From: a virus
Reading direction: 5' to 3' (one strand)
Virus record (IMG/VR): IMGVR_UViG_3300046003_007336
Location: 64,001-128,000 of that record
Length of the DNA: 64,000 bases
Positions within the stretch are counted from its first letter, which is position 1; the number at the start of each line of letters is the position of its first letter. The position numbers and the translations under genes were made by a program. The notes below the pieces were generated by a model. That model saw only the letters and a list, made by a program, of their open reading frames with translations. It was not told the DNA's origin and ran no database searches. This document shows, piece by piece, positions 8,753 through 17,092 of the stretch.

Positions 8753-9016
8753 ATGTCGGTGGACGAGGTTCGTGATGCCATTCGCGACGACAGGGCCAGA
8801 CTAGAAATCGAACTCGTCCTCCGCGTCGGATATGATGCGAAGATCGATTACATCCCGCACACCAAGGGGTACAAGATCGGCGGCGGATGGTCGCGTATGC
8901 GTGCCAACGTTCGCCGGTCCAAGAGACCCTTCGTGATTATCATGCCGGGCGGTACGTCTCGCTGGCGCCGGTTCGAAACCTGGGAAGCCCTGTCCGAAGC
9001 CGTGCAGGCAATGTGA
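8753..9016 (+). CDS. hypothetical protein
   Basis: 87 aa, coupled to next ORF. Confidence 0.6.
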   Translation: MSVDEVRDAIRDDRARLEIELVLRVGYDAKIDYIPHTKGYKIGGGWSRMRANVRRSKRPFVIIMPGGTSRWRRFETWEALSEAVQAM

Positions 9017-9591
9017 TGGAAGTCCTCTTCAATACATTGCGGGCAGTGGGCGCCGTCTTGCTCTTCGTCGGCATCCTCTATGGAGGCGGCAAGCTTATCC
9101 AGAAAGCCACCATGGCCCCGATGGGCTGGTTGTTGCGCGGGTGCATGAAAGATTTCTGGTTCCATCTTCAGTCCGCCATGCCGGGAAACTACGAGGTCAA
9201 CAAGATCATCTATAGCAGGGCCCCGACTTTTCTCAGTCGGTTCTCTCCGTATCGGCATTTCCTTATCCTAACCCCCATCGTCGGATGTTTGGCACTAGAT
9301 GCCATCACGCGAGATATGCGACGTGAGAGCAAATGGATTGCGCGCGGCCTCGGCGTATGGGGGCTGGACAGCTTTCGAAAGCATTTCTATCAGAACGATA
9401 TCGAAATCATCGAATGGTTGAGCGACAACTGCGAAGGCAAGTTCGAGTTCATCTTTACTGAGATGGGCCGCCGCATACCGAGTCGTTTCTCTGTGTCCCA
9501 GCGGGACGTGATGATTTCGTTCTCGTCCCCGGCCGATTTCCTCAAGGTCAGATTGGTGTTCGACGCCAAGCTGCCATCGGAACATAATTGA
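9016..9591 (+). CDS. hypothetical protein with N-terminal hydrophobic helix, dispersed motif family
   Basis: TGATG coupling; ends ISFSSPADFLKVRLVFD. Confidence 0.7.
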   Translation: MEVLFNTLRAVGAVLLFVGILYGGGKLIQKATMAPMGWLLRGCMKDFWFHLQSAMPGNYEVNKIIYSRAPTFLSRFSPYRHFLILTPIVGCLALDAITRDMRRESKWIARGLGVWGLDSFRKHFYQNDIEIIEWLSDNCEGKFEFIFTEMGRRIPSRFSVSQRDVMISFSSPADFLKVRLVFDAKLPSEHN

Positions 9592-10064
9592 TGATCTGGC
9601 TCTGTCAGCGGTTTAGGCACCAGACTGGCTGGGAGGGTGCCGACGAATGGGAGTCGCCGAGAAGACGCGCCACAAGACTTAACTGCAAGACCTTTGTGTT
9701 CGAGTTTTCTACCGGAGTCGCGCACCTGTTCCGCCGCTATCGCCAGCCTCTGCGTTTCCCCCTGTCAGGCTTTCCGTTCAGCCCGGCAGACTGGCAGGCC
9801 ACGATCTCTCTGCGGACCCATCTGAAACGCTCGGTCGATACGACCGACGACCATTTGCCCATCTTCCCCATTGGTGAAAACGACGCCCTCGACTGGCTGA
9901 TCAAGAACCTCAAAGGGAAGGTGAAGTTCACCGCTGTCCTCGACCGAAATGACGTAGCTGGTCTCGTCAACGATGCCGCGTATGCCGTCCTGGCATTCAC
10001 CGACACCCGCGATGAAGCCGCCTTCCAACTTTTTTTCGATGGCGGCGAAGTTTTTATTGACTAA
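9588..10064 (+). CDS. hypothetical protein of dispersed motif family
   Basis: Ends LAFTDTRDEAAFQLFFD. Confidence 0.7.
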   Translation: MMIWLCQRFRHQTGWEGADEWESPRRRATRLNCKTFVFEFSTGVAHLFRRYRQPLRFPLSGFPFSPADWQATISLRTHLKRSVDTTDDHLPIFPIGENDALDWLIKNLKGKVKFTAVLDRNDVAGLVNDAAYAVLAFTDTRDEAAFQLFFDGGEVFID

Positions 10065-10092
10065 AGGTCACCCGTGATACTAAATAGGGGCT

Positions 10093-10169
10093 CGCGGGGT
10101 AGAGCAGTCCAGTAGCTCGTTTGGCTCATAACCAAAAGGTCGGCGGTGCGAATCCGTCTCCCGCACCCA
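10093..10169 (+). tRNA. tRNA-Met(CAT), initiator-like
   Basis: C1:A72 mismatch, CT-CAT-AA loop, CCA; only two G-C pairs at the base of the anticodon stem; TAAATA at 10081. Confidence 0.88.
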
Positions 10170-10176
10170 TTTCGAA

Positions 10177-10204
10177 AAGCCCTCGGTCTCACCGGGGGCT
10201 TTTT
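10177..10204 (+). terminator. intrinsic terminator after tRNA-Met
   Basis: AAGCCCTCGGT-CTC-ACCGGGGGCTT plus T run. Confidence 0.8.
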
Positions 10205-10255
10205 CAATTCTATTTTTTGGTTGACATAAAATCCGACTTCGGCGATAACGGCGTC

Positions 10256-10920
10256 GAGGTTAACTCGCAACGATAGAGCAACGGCCCGGAGGGACCGGGA
10301 CAGGCAGCGGTGTCTGTTCTAGGCTGACGGCGGCACTCTAGAGGGGCTTGCAGACGGGGATAGGGCCCACCAGCCCGATTCCCCGTCGCCTCAATGTGGT
10401 CAGATGGGTCTCCGTCTGGCATCACCATCCTAACCTTCATGGACGTTGGTGCGTTCGCCGGAGGGACAAGTATGTGAACGCGGCCCTCAAAAGCCGAAAT
10501 GTTGCTGGGTCAGGCGCAGTGCGCGCTGAGACCAAATACTGGAGTTGGGCGGTGGTCCTTCTGACCACATTAGGTCTTTGACATTCGTCGCCTGTCTTTG
10601 ATAGGGCGTAGGTCGATGGTCGGGCCCGTGGTCGCCCGCACTCAAGCGAGTGGTGGGGTTCGATTCCCCGAGGCCCGGTGTAGTTCTCGAATGGATAAGC
10701 GGTTCGTCCCTCATCCGAGATCGTTTGCGCCTACAGGCGACGTCTACTAAAACTAAGGGGCTAGTCCTGGCCCGCTGAGAAGTGTCGCCCGACCAGCCAA
10801 GAGTGCTCCGGGATAGTCGCTCAGCATAAGCCTACAGGACACACCGTGGGGCGCGACACCCCGCGATGAACACGCGTTGCTATTGCGCGTCCGGGAAACA
10901 ACTGTTGGTCCGGTTAACTG
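10256..10920 (+). ncRNA. large ornate ncRNA candidate (about 665 nt), possibly ROOL-class
   Basis: TTGACA-N17-GATAAC promoter; nested long-range helices 10277-83/10875-81, 10308-13/10841-46, 10320-25/10829-34, 10333-39/10800-06, 10393-404/10560-71, 10587-95/10733-41. Confidence 0.78.
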
Positions 10921-10977
10921 GCAAACACTTAGATTAGTCGGGATTTTTTTCCGACTTATACCCTCCCTCTATACCTG

Positions 10978-11392
10978 TCGGCCCCGATGTGCTGTTTAGA
11001 GCAAAGCATATCCCCGACTGACTGCACCAGATGCGGCTGAAATGCCAAATCGTCTACCCAGTATACAGGCGTATGCTGGGGGTCTTGAGCGCAAGGTCTG
11101 AACGCTTCGGCGTTCCGGTGGGGGAAGGGGGCTCTGTTGGTGGCGCAGATGCGCCTAGGCTGTGGGTCCACGTCAACTGAACGGCCCCATTAGATTTCGG
11201 TGCCAGGGGTGGAAGGCCTTCCTGAACCTGTGGCTGGAGTCTCGAAATGCAGTCGAGGCGGGTAGAAAGCGAAACCGGACTGGGACTGACCCTAGCACCG
11301 GGCCGCGTTGACAAGCACCGCCCCGCAAGCGCGGGTAAGTCGTGTGCGCTTCCTACAGACGAAGGGGCGGGGGAAACCCTGCCCCTTTTTTT
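10978..11392 (+). ncRNA. structured ncRNA candidate (about 400 nt), or 3' extension of the preceding RNA
   Basis: Non-coding, multiple hairpins and long-range complements, ends in a strong terminator. Confidence 0.55.
11362..11392 (+). terminator. intrinsic terminator
   Basis: AAGGGGCGGGG-GAAA-CCCTGCCCCTT plus T run. Confidence 0.85.
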
Positions 11393-11441
11393 CTTGACAA
11401 GATTTCCGTCCGTGGTAGCAGTACGGAAACAGGAGAGTCTT

Positions 11442-12107
11442 ATGAACCGTCGTACTTTCTTCGCCAGCATTCTCGGCGCCTCAGTTGCGGGCACGCTCGG
11501 CAGTCTCGCAGTTCCCGCATGGGCGCGCGCCGACGAGAGCCTGAACATCTATGTTCGCCTGATCGACCTCCAGAAGGCGATGCTGGCCAACCACGAAACC
11601 TGGAAGAGCGGCCCGGCGTTCGCCCACGTGCCCGAACTCGACGACCCCTTGGATACGCGCCCCGATGTCGAAAAGCGTCGCCGCCACCTCGTCGAACAGC
11701 GAATCGCTGACCGCCACGCGGCCCGCAAGAACTACGATCTGACCCCGGCTGACGCCGTCCTCGCGCACCTGAACGCCCATTTCGCCCCCGACGCCAGCGA
11801 CGTCAGCGAGGCCCTCGTGCGCCAAGCCCGCGCCGAGGCCAACGCGGTTGGCGGCGTGAAAATGTCCAGAACGGATTTCCGTCGCGAGGTCGCCATTGAG
11901 CAGGCTCGGCGAGAAGTCCGGGCCGTGTTCAACCGAGAAATCGAGATCGACACCATGTCGGAGGCCAGCATGCGCCGCGTGCTGAAATCGACGGTCGCCG
12001 TCGCGGTCGTCAAGGGCATGCTGTCGGTGCACAAGATGCCCCTCGACCCCAAGAAGATGGGCGCCTTCAACGAGTTCGCGACGAAGTTCAGGCACATCAT
12101 CCTTTAA
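11442..12107 (+). CDS. predicted Tat-exported protein
   Basis: MNRRTFF twin-arginine motif, hydrophobic core, AWA-RA cleavage-like site; TTGACA at 11394; AGGAG SD. Confidence 0.75.
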   Translation: MNRRTFFASILGASVAGTLGSLAVPAWARADESLNIYVRLIDLQKAMLANHETWKSGPAFAHVPELDDPLDTRPDVEKRRRHLVEQRIADRHAARKNYDLTPADAVLAHLNAHFAPDASDVSEALVRQARAEANAVGGVKMSRTDFRREVAIEQARREVRAVFNREIEIDTMSEASMRRVLKSTVAVAVVKGMLSVHKMPLDPKKMGAFNEFATKFRHIIL

Positions 12108-12144
12108 CTTGACAGTTTCCGGCCAAGGTGATTAAATAACTGCG

Positions 12145-12540
12145 TGTTGGTGACCAAATCAACCGCTTAGGCAGGACCGGGGTGCGAATCCCCGCGCCTC
12201 CACCAAAAACACATAGCCCGCTGAGATACGCGGGGAGCCGACTGTCATGTAAGCCGGGTTGGGGTTTCTAGAGCCCTGGCTATCAACGGTAGATCGGGGA
12301 CAGTCACAAGGCGGCTAGAGTTCCTTAGCGGGGGCAACAGTCTAGGCTCGCTACGACCGATATGGTCTGTGTGTTTTTGATGGGGGCGAATAGCTATCGA
12401 CTGATAGGCGTAGAGGCGAGAGACACCGGTAAGAAACGACCGAAAATCAGTTCAAATTTCTACCTGCCAACGACAACGTTGACATGGGTTCCTACGCCCT
12501 CGCGGCGTAAGGAACTCGGGGCCCACTGGGGGCCTAGCAA
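12145..12540 (+). ncRNA. ssrA: two-piece circularly permuted tmRNA; tag (A)ANDNVDMGSYALAA
   Basis: T arm and CGCCTCCACCA end at 12205; GGGGGCG 5' strand at 12382 giving G3:U70; tag frame 12466-12510; TAAATA at 12133. Confidence 0.93.
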
Positions 12541-12541
12541 C

Positions 12542-12570
12542 AGAAGGGGAGACTTCGGTCTCCCCACCTT
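12542..12570 (+). terminator. terminator after tmRNA
   Basis: GGGGAGAC-TTCG-GTCTCCCC followed by T-rich run. Confidence 0.75.
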
Positions 12571-12635
12571 TGTTTCGGTTGACCGTTTCGAAATCTCCGA
12601 CTAAACCGGTCTACGAAATAATCCGAGAAAAGCCC

Positions 12636-13073
12636 ATGACCATCGAAGCCCGTATCGCCCTCGTAGAAGACGTCCGTCCGCACGGTGATCACATGTCCAT
12701 CGTGACCATCTCCGGTCATGAGGTCGTGGCCAATCGTGACGAGAACGGCGAGTTCCGTTTCCGGGTCGGCGAAGCCGCCATCTACGTGCCCGAGAATGCC
12801 ATCATCCCCGAGGAGTTCCTCAAAGACCGTGGCTACTGGGACGAGACCAAAGGCAAGGGTCTGCTCGGCGGCTCCAAGGGGAACCGGGTCAAGATGCAAC
12901 GCTTCATGGGCTTCGAGAGCCGTGGGTTGGTCTGGAAGGTCCGCGAGTCCACCGAGCCGGGCACCTACATCGTGGACCGTCACTGCGGCAACCCTGGTTT
13001 CGAGTCCGGTGAAGCCAGCGTCGGCGACGACTGTGCTGCATTCTTCAATCTGTCCGAATACGTCGCGGCCTGA
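12636..13073 (+). CDS. stand-alone OB-fold protein resembling the N-terminal domain of DRB0094-family RNA ligases
   Basis: F.VGE.AIY.P....IP, RVK..RF.G..SRGL and GDD.....L..Y pattern; no ligase KxDG domain. Confidence 0.6.
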   Translation: MTIEARIALVEDVRPHGDHMSIVTISGHEVVANRDENGEFRFRVGEAAIYVPENAIIPEEFLKDRGYWDETKGKGLLGGSKGNRVKMQRFMGFESRGLVWKVRESTEPGTYIVDRHCGNPGFESGEASVGDDCAAFFNLSEYVAA

Positions 13074-13141
13074 TTTTGATCTGAAGTCGAAGGCGCGAAA
13101 CGTAAATAGCGTATCGCCGACGTCGGGAGTAGAATGTCATC

Positions 13142-13363
13142 ATGAGTTTTCTGAGCAAACTTAAAGAGGCCAAAGAAAAGCTGGGAGGCGTCGTCCTCGA
13201 TAGCAGCAAAGAGGAAGAGCGAGCCCGCATAGACGCCAGAATGGCGGTCTGTAATGCTTGCCCGGAACTCCGCAAACCGCTCGACCAGTGTGCCAAATGC
13301 GGCTGCTTCATGAGAGTCAAAACGAAGCTCCGAGATACATCTTGCCCCCTTGGCAAATGGTGA
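13142..13363 (+). CDS. small Cys-rich protein (DUF6171-like)
   Basis: R..VC..C...QC.KCGCF...K......CPLGKW; TAAATA at 13103. Confidence 0.75.
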   Translation: MSFLSKLKEAKEKLGGVVLDSSKEEERARIDARMAVCNACPELRKPLDQCAKCGCFMRVKTKLRDTSCPLGKW

Positions 13364-14205
13364 AATTCATTTCGGACTGGGCTCCTTACGGTGCTGACGT
13401 TCGTCCCGGCACGTTCTGCATAGATTGGCGAAATGCGGCGCCGCATCCTAAGCTCTCTAGACCCATAGATATTGCGATCTCTGTGTATCGGAAACTGCCG
13501 GGTCCAGTCGTCGTGATGGTCAGCGGTGGAGTTGATAGTCAGGCATCGGCCTACGCGGCAAAGCTGTCGGGTATTGACTGTCGGTTCGTATGCTTTCGAT
13601 ACAATGGCGGCCTCAACGACTATGACCTCGCCTCCGAGTTTTATGATCGGCACGGCATCGTTGTGGAAGAAATCGACATAGACATTCTTGCCTTCCACGA
13701 GACCGATCTTCTCTCCTGGGGAGAGAAGTATAATACGGCGTCTCCTCATCTTCTATGTCATATGAAGATCGCATCCATGATCGAGGACGCGACGGTGGTG
13801 TTCTCTGGAAATCCTGAGTTCCCGAACTCGACCGGAGGGCTAACTCACGAGACCATCTCTCTAGAACGATATGCCTCGATATCCGGGCAACCAGTTGTCG
13901 GGTATTTTTTCAACTGCGACCCTCATCTCTTTTACTCATTTCGAACATGCCCGTCTTACGACGAGGTCGGTGGATACGATCAGAAAGTTCGGGTGTACCA
14001 GGAAGGAGGATTTCCGGTTGAGCCACAAGAGAAAAAGCTGCATGGCTTTGAGGCCATAAAAGAACTCTACGACGACCATGCTGTGCCCTTCGTGTCGCGT
14101 CTCAAGTTTGCCCGTCGAGCATCAAAGAGACCATATGATCTACTCTTCAGATACCCCCTGTCTGAACATAAAATCTACCACACGAACAGGAAGATAATTT
14201 ACTGA
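13357..14205 (+). CDS. PP-loop (adenine nucleotide alpha hydrolase-like) protein
   Basis: VVVMVSGGVDS PP-loop signature; coupled to upstream ORF. Confidence 0.7.
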   Translation: MVKFISDWAPYGADVRPGTFCIDWRNAAPHPKLSRPIDIAISVYRKLPGPVVVMVSGGVDSQASAYAAKLSGIDCRFVCFRYNGGLNDYDLASEFYDRHGIVVEEIDIDILAFHETDLLSWGEKYNTASPHLLCHMKIASMIEDATVVFSGNPEFPNSTGGLTHETISLERYASISGQPVVGYFFNCDPHLFYSFRTCPSYDEVGGYDQKVRVYQEGGFPVEPQEKKLHGFEAIKELYDDHAVPFVSRLKFARRASKRPYDLLFRYPLSEHKIYHTNRKIIY

Positions 14206-14236
14206 ATAAATAGACGATATAATCGGAGATTACTCT

Positions 14237-15814
14237 ATGCGCTACATCATTGACTTCATCAACTCCATCTCGGACGAGGACATTGCCGCCTACATGGTGC
14301 GCAACGACTGCACCGTCGTGATCAACTATGACAATTTTTCCAAAACCTATTTGGTGGAAGCTGCCACGGCTCCCGAGGTCGATGCATTTGTCGAGACTGT
14401 GTTGGAGGATTCCTCGGCGCCGCTGAAACTTCTCAGTATCCCGTCCAAAACATTCCCAGTCGATGAAGACGACAACTGGTGGAAACTCGTGGCCATCGAC
14501 GGTATCGACACCACCCAACCCACGGCAACAATTGCTCGTTCGGGTGGTGGGGTACGTGTTTACGTCATGGACAGTGGCATTGCCGCAGACCATCCTGAGT
14601 TTGTCGGCAAAAACATCACCCTGCTGCATTCGATAACTCCGGGTGATTTCTCGGACACCACCGGCCACGGAACCTCTCTGGCGTCCGTTATCGTTGGCGA
14701 AACCTGCGGAATTACCGAGTCGGCGTTGCGGGTCGTGAAAATTTTCCACTCTGGTCAGGACACGTTCTTGTCCGACATCATCTCGGCCTTCGATGCGGTC
14801 GCTACCGATTATCTTCTGGCTGACGACTTCCTCGCTGTCCTGAACCTGTCATGGTCCATTGAGAAAAACGCCTACATTGAACAGAAAATTCTCGACCTGA
14901 TTACCATGGGGGTCGTAGTTGTCGCTTCTGCCGGTAACGAAGGCCGCCCGCTGTCCGAAGTTACCCCAGCCAGCCTCGCTGAGGTCATCACGGTCGGCTC
15001 GTTCGGCAAAGACCTCATGCCAAGCGATTTCTCCAACTATACTTCTAGCGATTCCGACACGTCGTTCACCTCGGGGCAAAATAACTACGGCGCGCTGGAT
15101 TGCTTCGCTCCTGGTGAATTCATCCGAGTAGCACTTCCTGCTGGCGGCTACGGCGTTTCGATGGGAACATCGCTTTCGGCTGCGATTATTTCCGCCATCA
15201 TGGCTCTCCGCATCACGTCCAGTGGAACCAACTGGACCCGGACTGGTATCAACGAAATCTCCATTCAGGCATTCCTTCAGACTATCGCCACGAAGGACCT
15301 TCTGACTCTCTCTGGAAATTACGCCAACTCCATAAATCTTGTCCCCTATGTTGAACTGGCGGACATGACCACTATTCGCGTTCGCGCCATGCGCACGTTC
15401 CCGGTTCGGCCTGGAATTGTTATAGAACTCTGGTTGTTCAATCCCGAGTTCTTCACGAATGCGGCACTCATAGACGCGCCGTCATGGGTTCAACTGAAAG
15501 GAAACTATTTGGAGATTTCGGCTCCAGATATTGAAACCACCGTTTTTGAGTTTCAGCTTACCGGAGAGCAAGATGGAGAGACGCAATCCCTCCCCGTGTT
15601 TGTCATTACGAGAAGCTCTTCTGAAACCGACGAAGAGTCGTATGAGAAGGTGAAAATCTTGTTTGCAAGTAATGGCGCATCCGCCAAGTGTATTGCAGAT
15701 TGCTCTCCCCAAACATGGTGCTGCCAGTGTTGCACTGGTGACGTCAAGACGGAGACCGATGACGCGTGCGGGATTTGCAACAACACTGAATGCGCATTGC
15801 TGGCTTGCTCGTAA
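14237..15814 (+). CDS. S8 subtilisin-like serine protease with prodomain and Cys-rich C-terminal tail
   Basis: VYVMDSG (Asp), GHGT (His), ASAGN oxyanion, GTS (Ser); TAAATA at 14207. Confidence 0.9.
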   Translation: MRYIIDFINSISDEDIAAYMVRNDCTVVINYDNFSKTYLVEAATAPEVDAFVETVLEDSSAPLKLLSIPSKTFPVDEDDNWWKLVAIDGIDTTQPTATIARSGGGVRVYVMDSGIAADHPEFVGKNITLLHSITPGDFSDTTGHGTSLASVIVGETCGITESALRVVKIFHSGQDTFLSDIISAFDAVATDYLLADDFLAVLNLSWSIEKNAYIEQKILDLITMGVVVVASAGNEGRPLSEVTPASLAEVITVGSFGKDLMPSDFSNYTSSDSDTSFTSGQNNYGALDCFAPGEFIRVALPAGGYGVSMGTSLSAAIISAIMALRITSSGTNWTRTGINEISIQAFLQTIATKDLLTLSGNYANSINLVPYVELADMTTIRVRAMRTFPVRPGIVIELWLFNPEFFTNAALIDAPSWVQLKGNYLEISAPDIETTVFEFQLTGEQDGETQSLPVFVITRSSSETDEESYEKVKILFASNGASAKCIADCSPQTWCCQCCTGDVKTETDDACGICNNTECALLACS

Positions 15815-15826
15815 GGACGCAGACGT

Positions 15827-16102
15827 ATGCGGATAGGCACCAAGGTTGAGCCCGAAGAGCTATCTTCCAAAATTCGTCCGATCATCATCCGTCGAAATAC
15901 ATGTGCCGACGAATGGGATGTTCGCCACAGATTCGTGGTAGAACATCTCTGTCGTGGGGACTGGGCGGGCACACTGGAGTTCTGCTACTTCAAGCATGAA
16001 GAAAACTTCGCCGTTGATTTTCTCAGCGGGGCCTACGATGCCTACCTGTACTATTTCTCCGACGAGGCCGACCGTGTCGAGTTCCAACTCCGTTTTTGCT
16101 GA
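15827..16102 (+). CDS. hypothetical protein of dispersed motif family
   Basis: AAGGA SD; ends YYFSDEADRVEFQLRF. Confidence 0.75.
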   Translation: MRIGTKVEPEELSSKIRPIIIRRNTCADEWDVRHRFVVEHLCRGDWAGTLEFCYFKHEENFAVDFLSGAYDAYLYYFSDEADRVEFQLRFC

Positions 16103-16115
16103 CTGTCCTCCTGGG

Positions 16116-16421
16116 CTGGGCCGACCTGGGCTAGAACGGTACATCCTCCGTGGTGAATTCACCACCATCTATATCCGAATCAGAGACGTATGGCTGCCGC
16201 ACGGATGGGTACGAAATAAACTCTGTCGAGCCGACTGGATGATGCGGATGTGGGGTGACCGTCATCGCGACGAGAAACAATGCACCTGTCCAGTGGGAAC
16301 CACGGCCTTTATGTTCGAAAGCCCTTCGGATGCCATGGAGTTCTTCATCCGCTTCGGCGCATATACGGTTTCTCCAAATTCGACGAAAAAACATATTGAC
16401 CAAACGTCGGAAGATAAATAA
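16116..16421 (+). CDS. paralogue of 15827..16102 (start uncertain)
   Basis: Shares LCR.DW and FMFESPSDAMEFFIRF. Confidence 0.6.
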   Translation: MGRPGLERYILRGEFTTIYIRIRDVWLPHGWVRNKLCRADWMMRMWGDRHRDEKQCTCPVGTTAFMFESPSDAMEFFIRFGAYTVSPNSTKKHIDQTSEDK

Positions 16422-16618
16422 GATCAGGAAATCGGTCGCACTGACGCGGCCCAAGGATTCGAATGATGCGTTCGCTGCTGTTGCTTAGTTTGGGTGTTCG
16501 ACTGTCGGCCTAAGGGCTTCCGGTTTCGAGCACCCGTGAAACTAGGCACGGACTGCGATCTTCCATTCGGGACAAGCTCCCAAATCTGAAATCCAGTGAC
16601 TGTGCACCAGCAGTGTAT

Positions 16619-16703
16619 GTCGGTGTGGCGGAATTGGCAGACGCACCAGATTTAGGTTCTGGCGCCGCAAGGCGTGAAGGTTCGACCCCTTTCACCGATA
16701 CCA
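16619..16703 (+). tRNA. tRNA-Leu(TAG)
   Basis: Cloverleaf with long variable arm, CCA. Confidence 0.95.
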
Positions 16704-16724
16704 CTGCTCCTACTCATCGTTATT

Positions 16725-16812
16725 GGCCGTCTGCATGGAATTGGTAGACAGCACCGGCTCAGAACCGGTGGTCCGAAAGGGCGTCAGAGTTCGAGTCTCT
16801 GGGCGGCCACCA
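16725..16812 (+). tRNA. tRNA-Leu(CAG)
   Basis: CT-CAG-AA loop, long variable arm, CCA. Confidence 0.93.
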
Positions 16813-16826
16813 ACGGCGATATCTCA

Positions 16827-16912
16827 GCCTCCTTGGTGAAATGTAGACACGCAGTCCTCAGAAGGCTGTGCTCGTAAAGGGCGTGCCAGTTCGTTCCTGG
16901 CAGGAGGCACCA
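16827..16912 (+). tRNA. tRNA-Leu(CAG), second copy
   Basis: CT-CAG-AA loop, long variable arm, CCA. Confidence 0.9.
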
Positions 16913-16924
16913 AGATTCCTTCAT

Positions 16925-17010
16925 CCCCTCGTGGTGAAATGTAGACACGCAGTCTTGAGAGGGCTGTGCCTGTAATGGGTGTGCGGACTCGTTATCCGCC
17001 GAGGGGACCA
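16925..17010 (+). tRNA. tRNA-Leu(GAG), atypical T-loop CTCGTTA
   Basis: CCCCTCG/CGAGGGG acceptor, TT-GAG-AG loop, long variable arm, CCA. Confidence 0.85.
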
Positions 17011-17012
17011 AT

Positions 17013-17090
17013 GCCGGGGTGATGGGAAATGGTATACCTCCAGTCCTCAAAATTCTGGGTTTGCGGGTTCGAGTCCCGCCTCCGGCACCA
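17013..17090 (+). tRNA. tRNA with Leu(CAA) anticodon, no long variable arm
   Basis: GCCGGGG/CTCCGGC acceptor, CT-CAA-AA loop with mismatched lower anticodon stem, TTCGAGT loop, CCA. Confidence 0.8.
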
Positions 17091-17092
17091 AT

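Noticed and set aside
10061-11548. Short ORFs called across the ncRNA regions here and at 22524-23454
   Set aside because: No SD, atypical composition, and they conflict with promoter-terminator-bounded structured RNAs
16492-16534. Hairpin with CTA near its loop as a possible amber suppressor tRNA
   Set aside because: No cloverleaf, T arm or CCA; genes in the window end normally at TAG, so there is no sign of recoding
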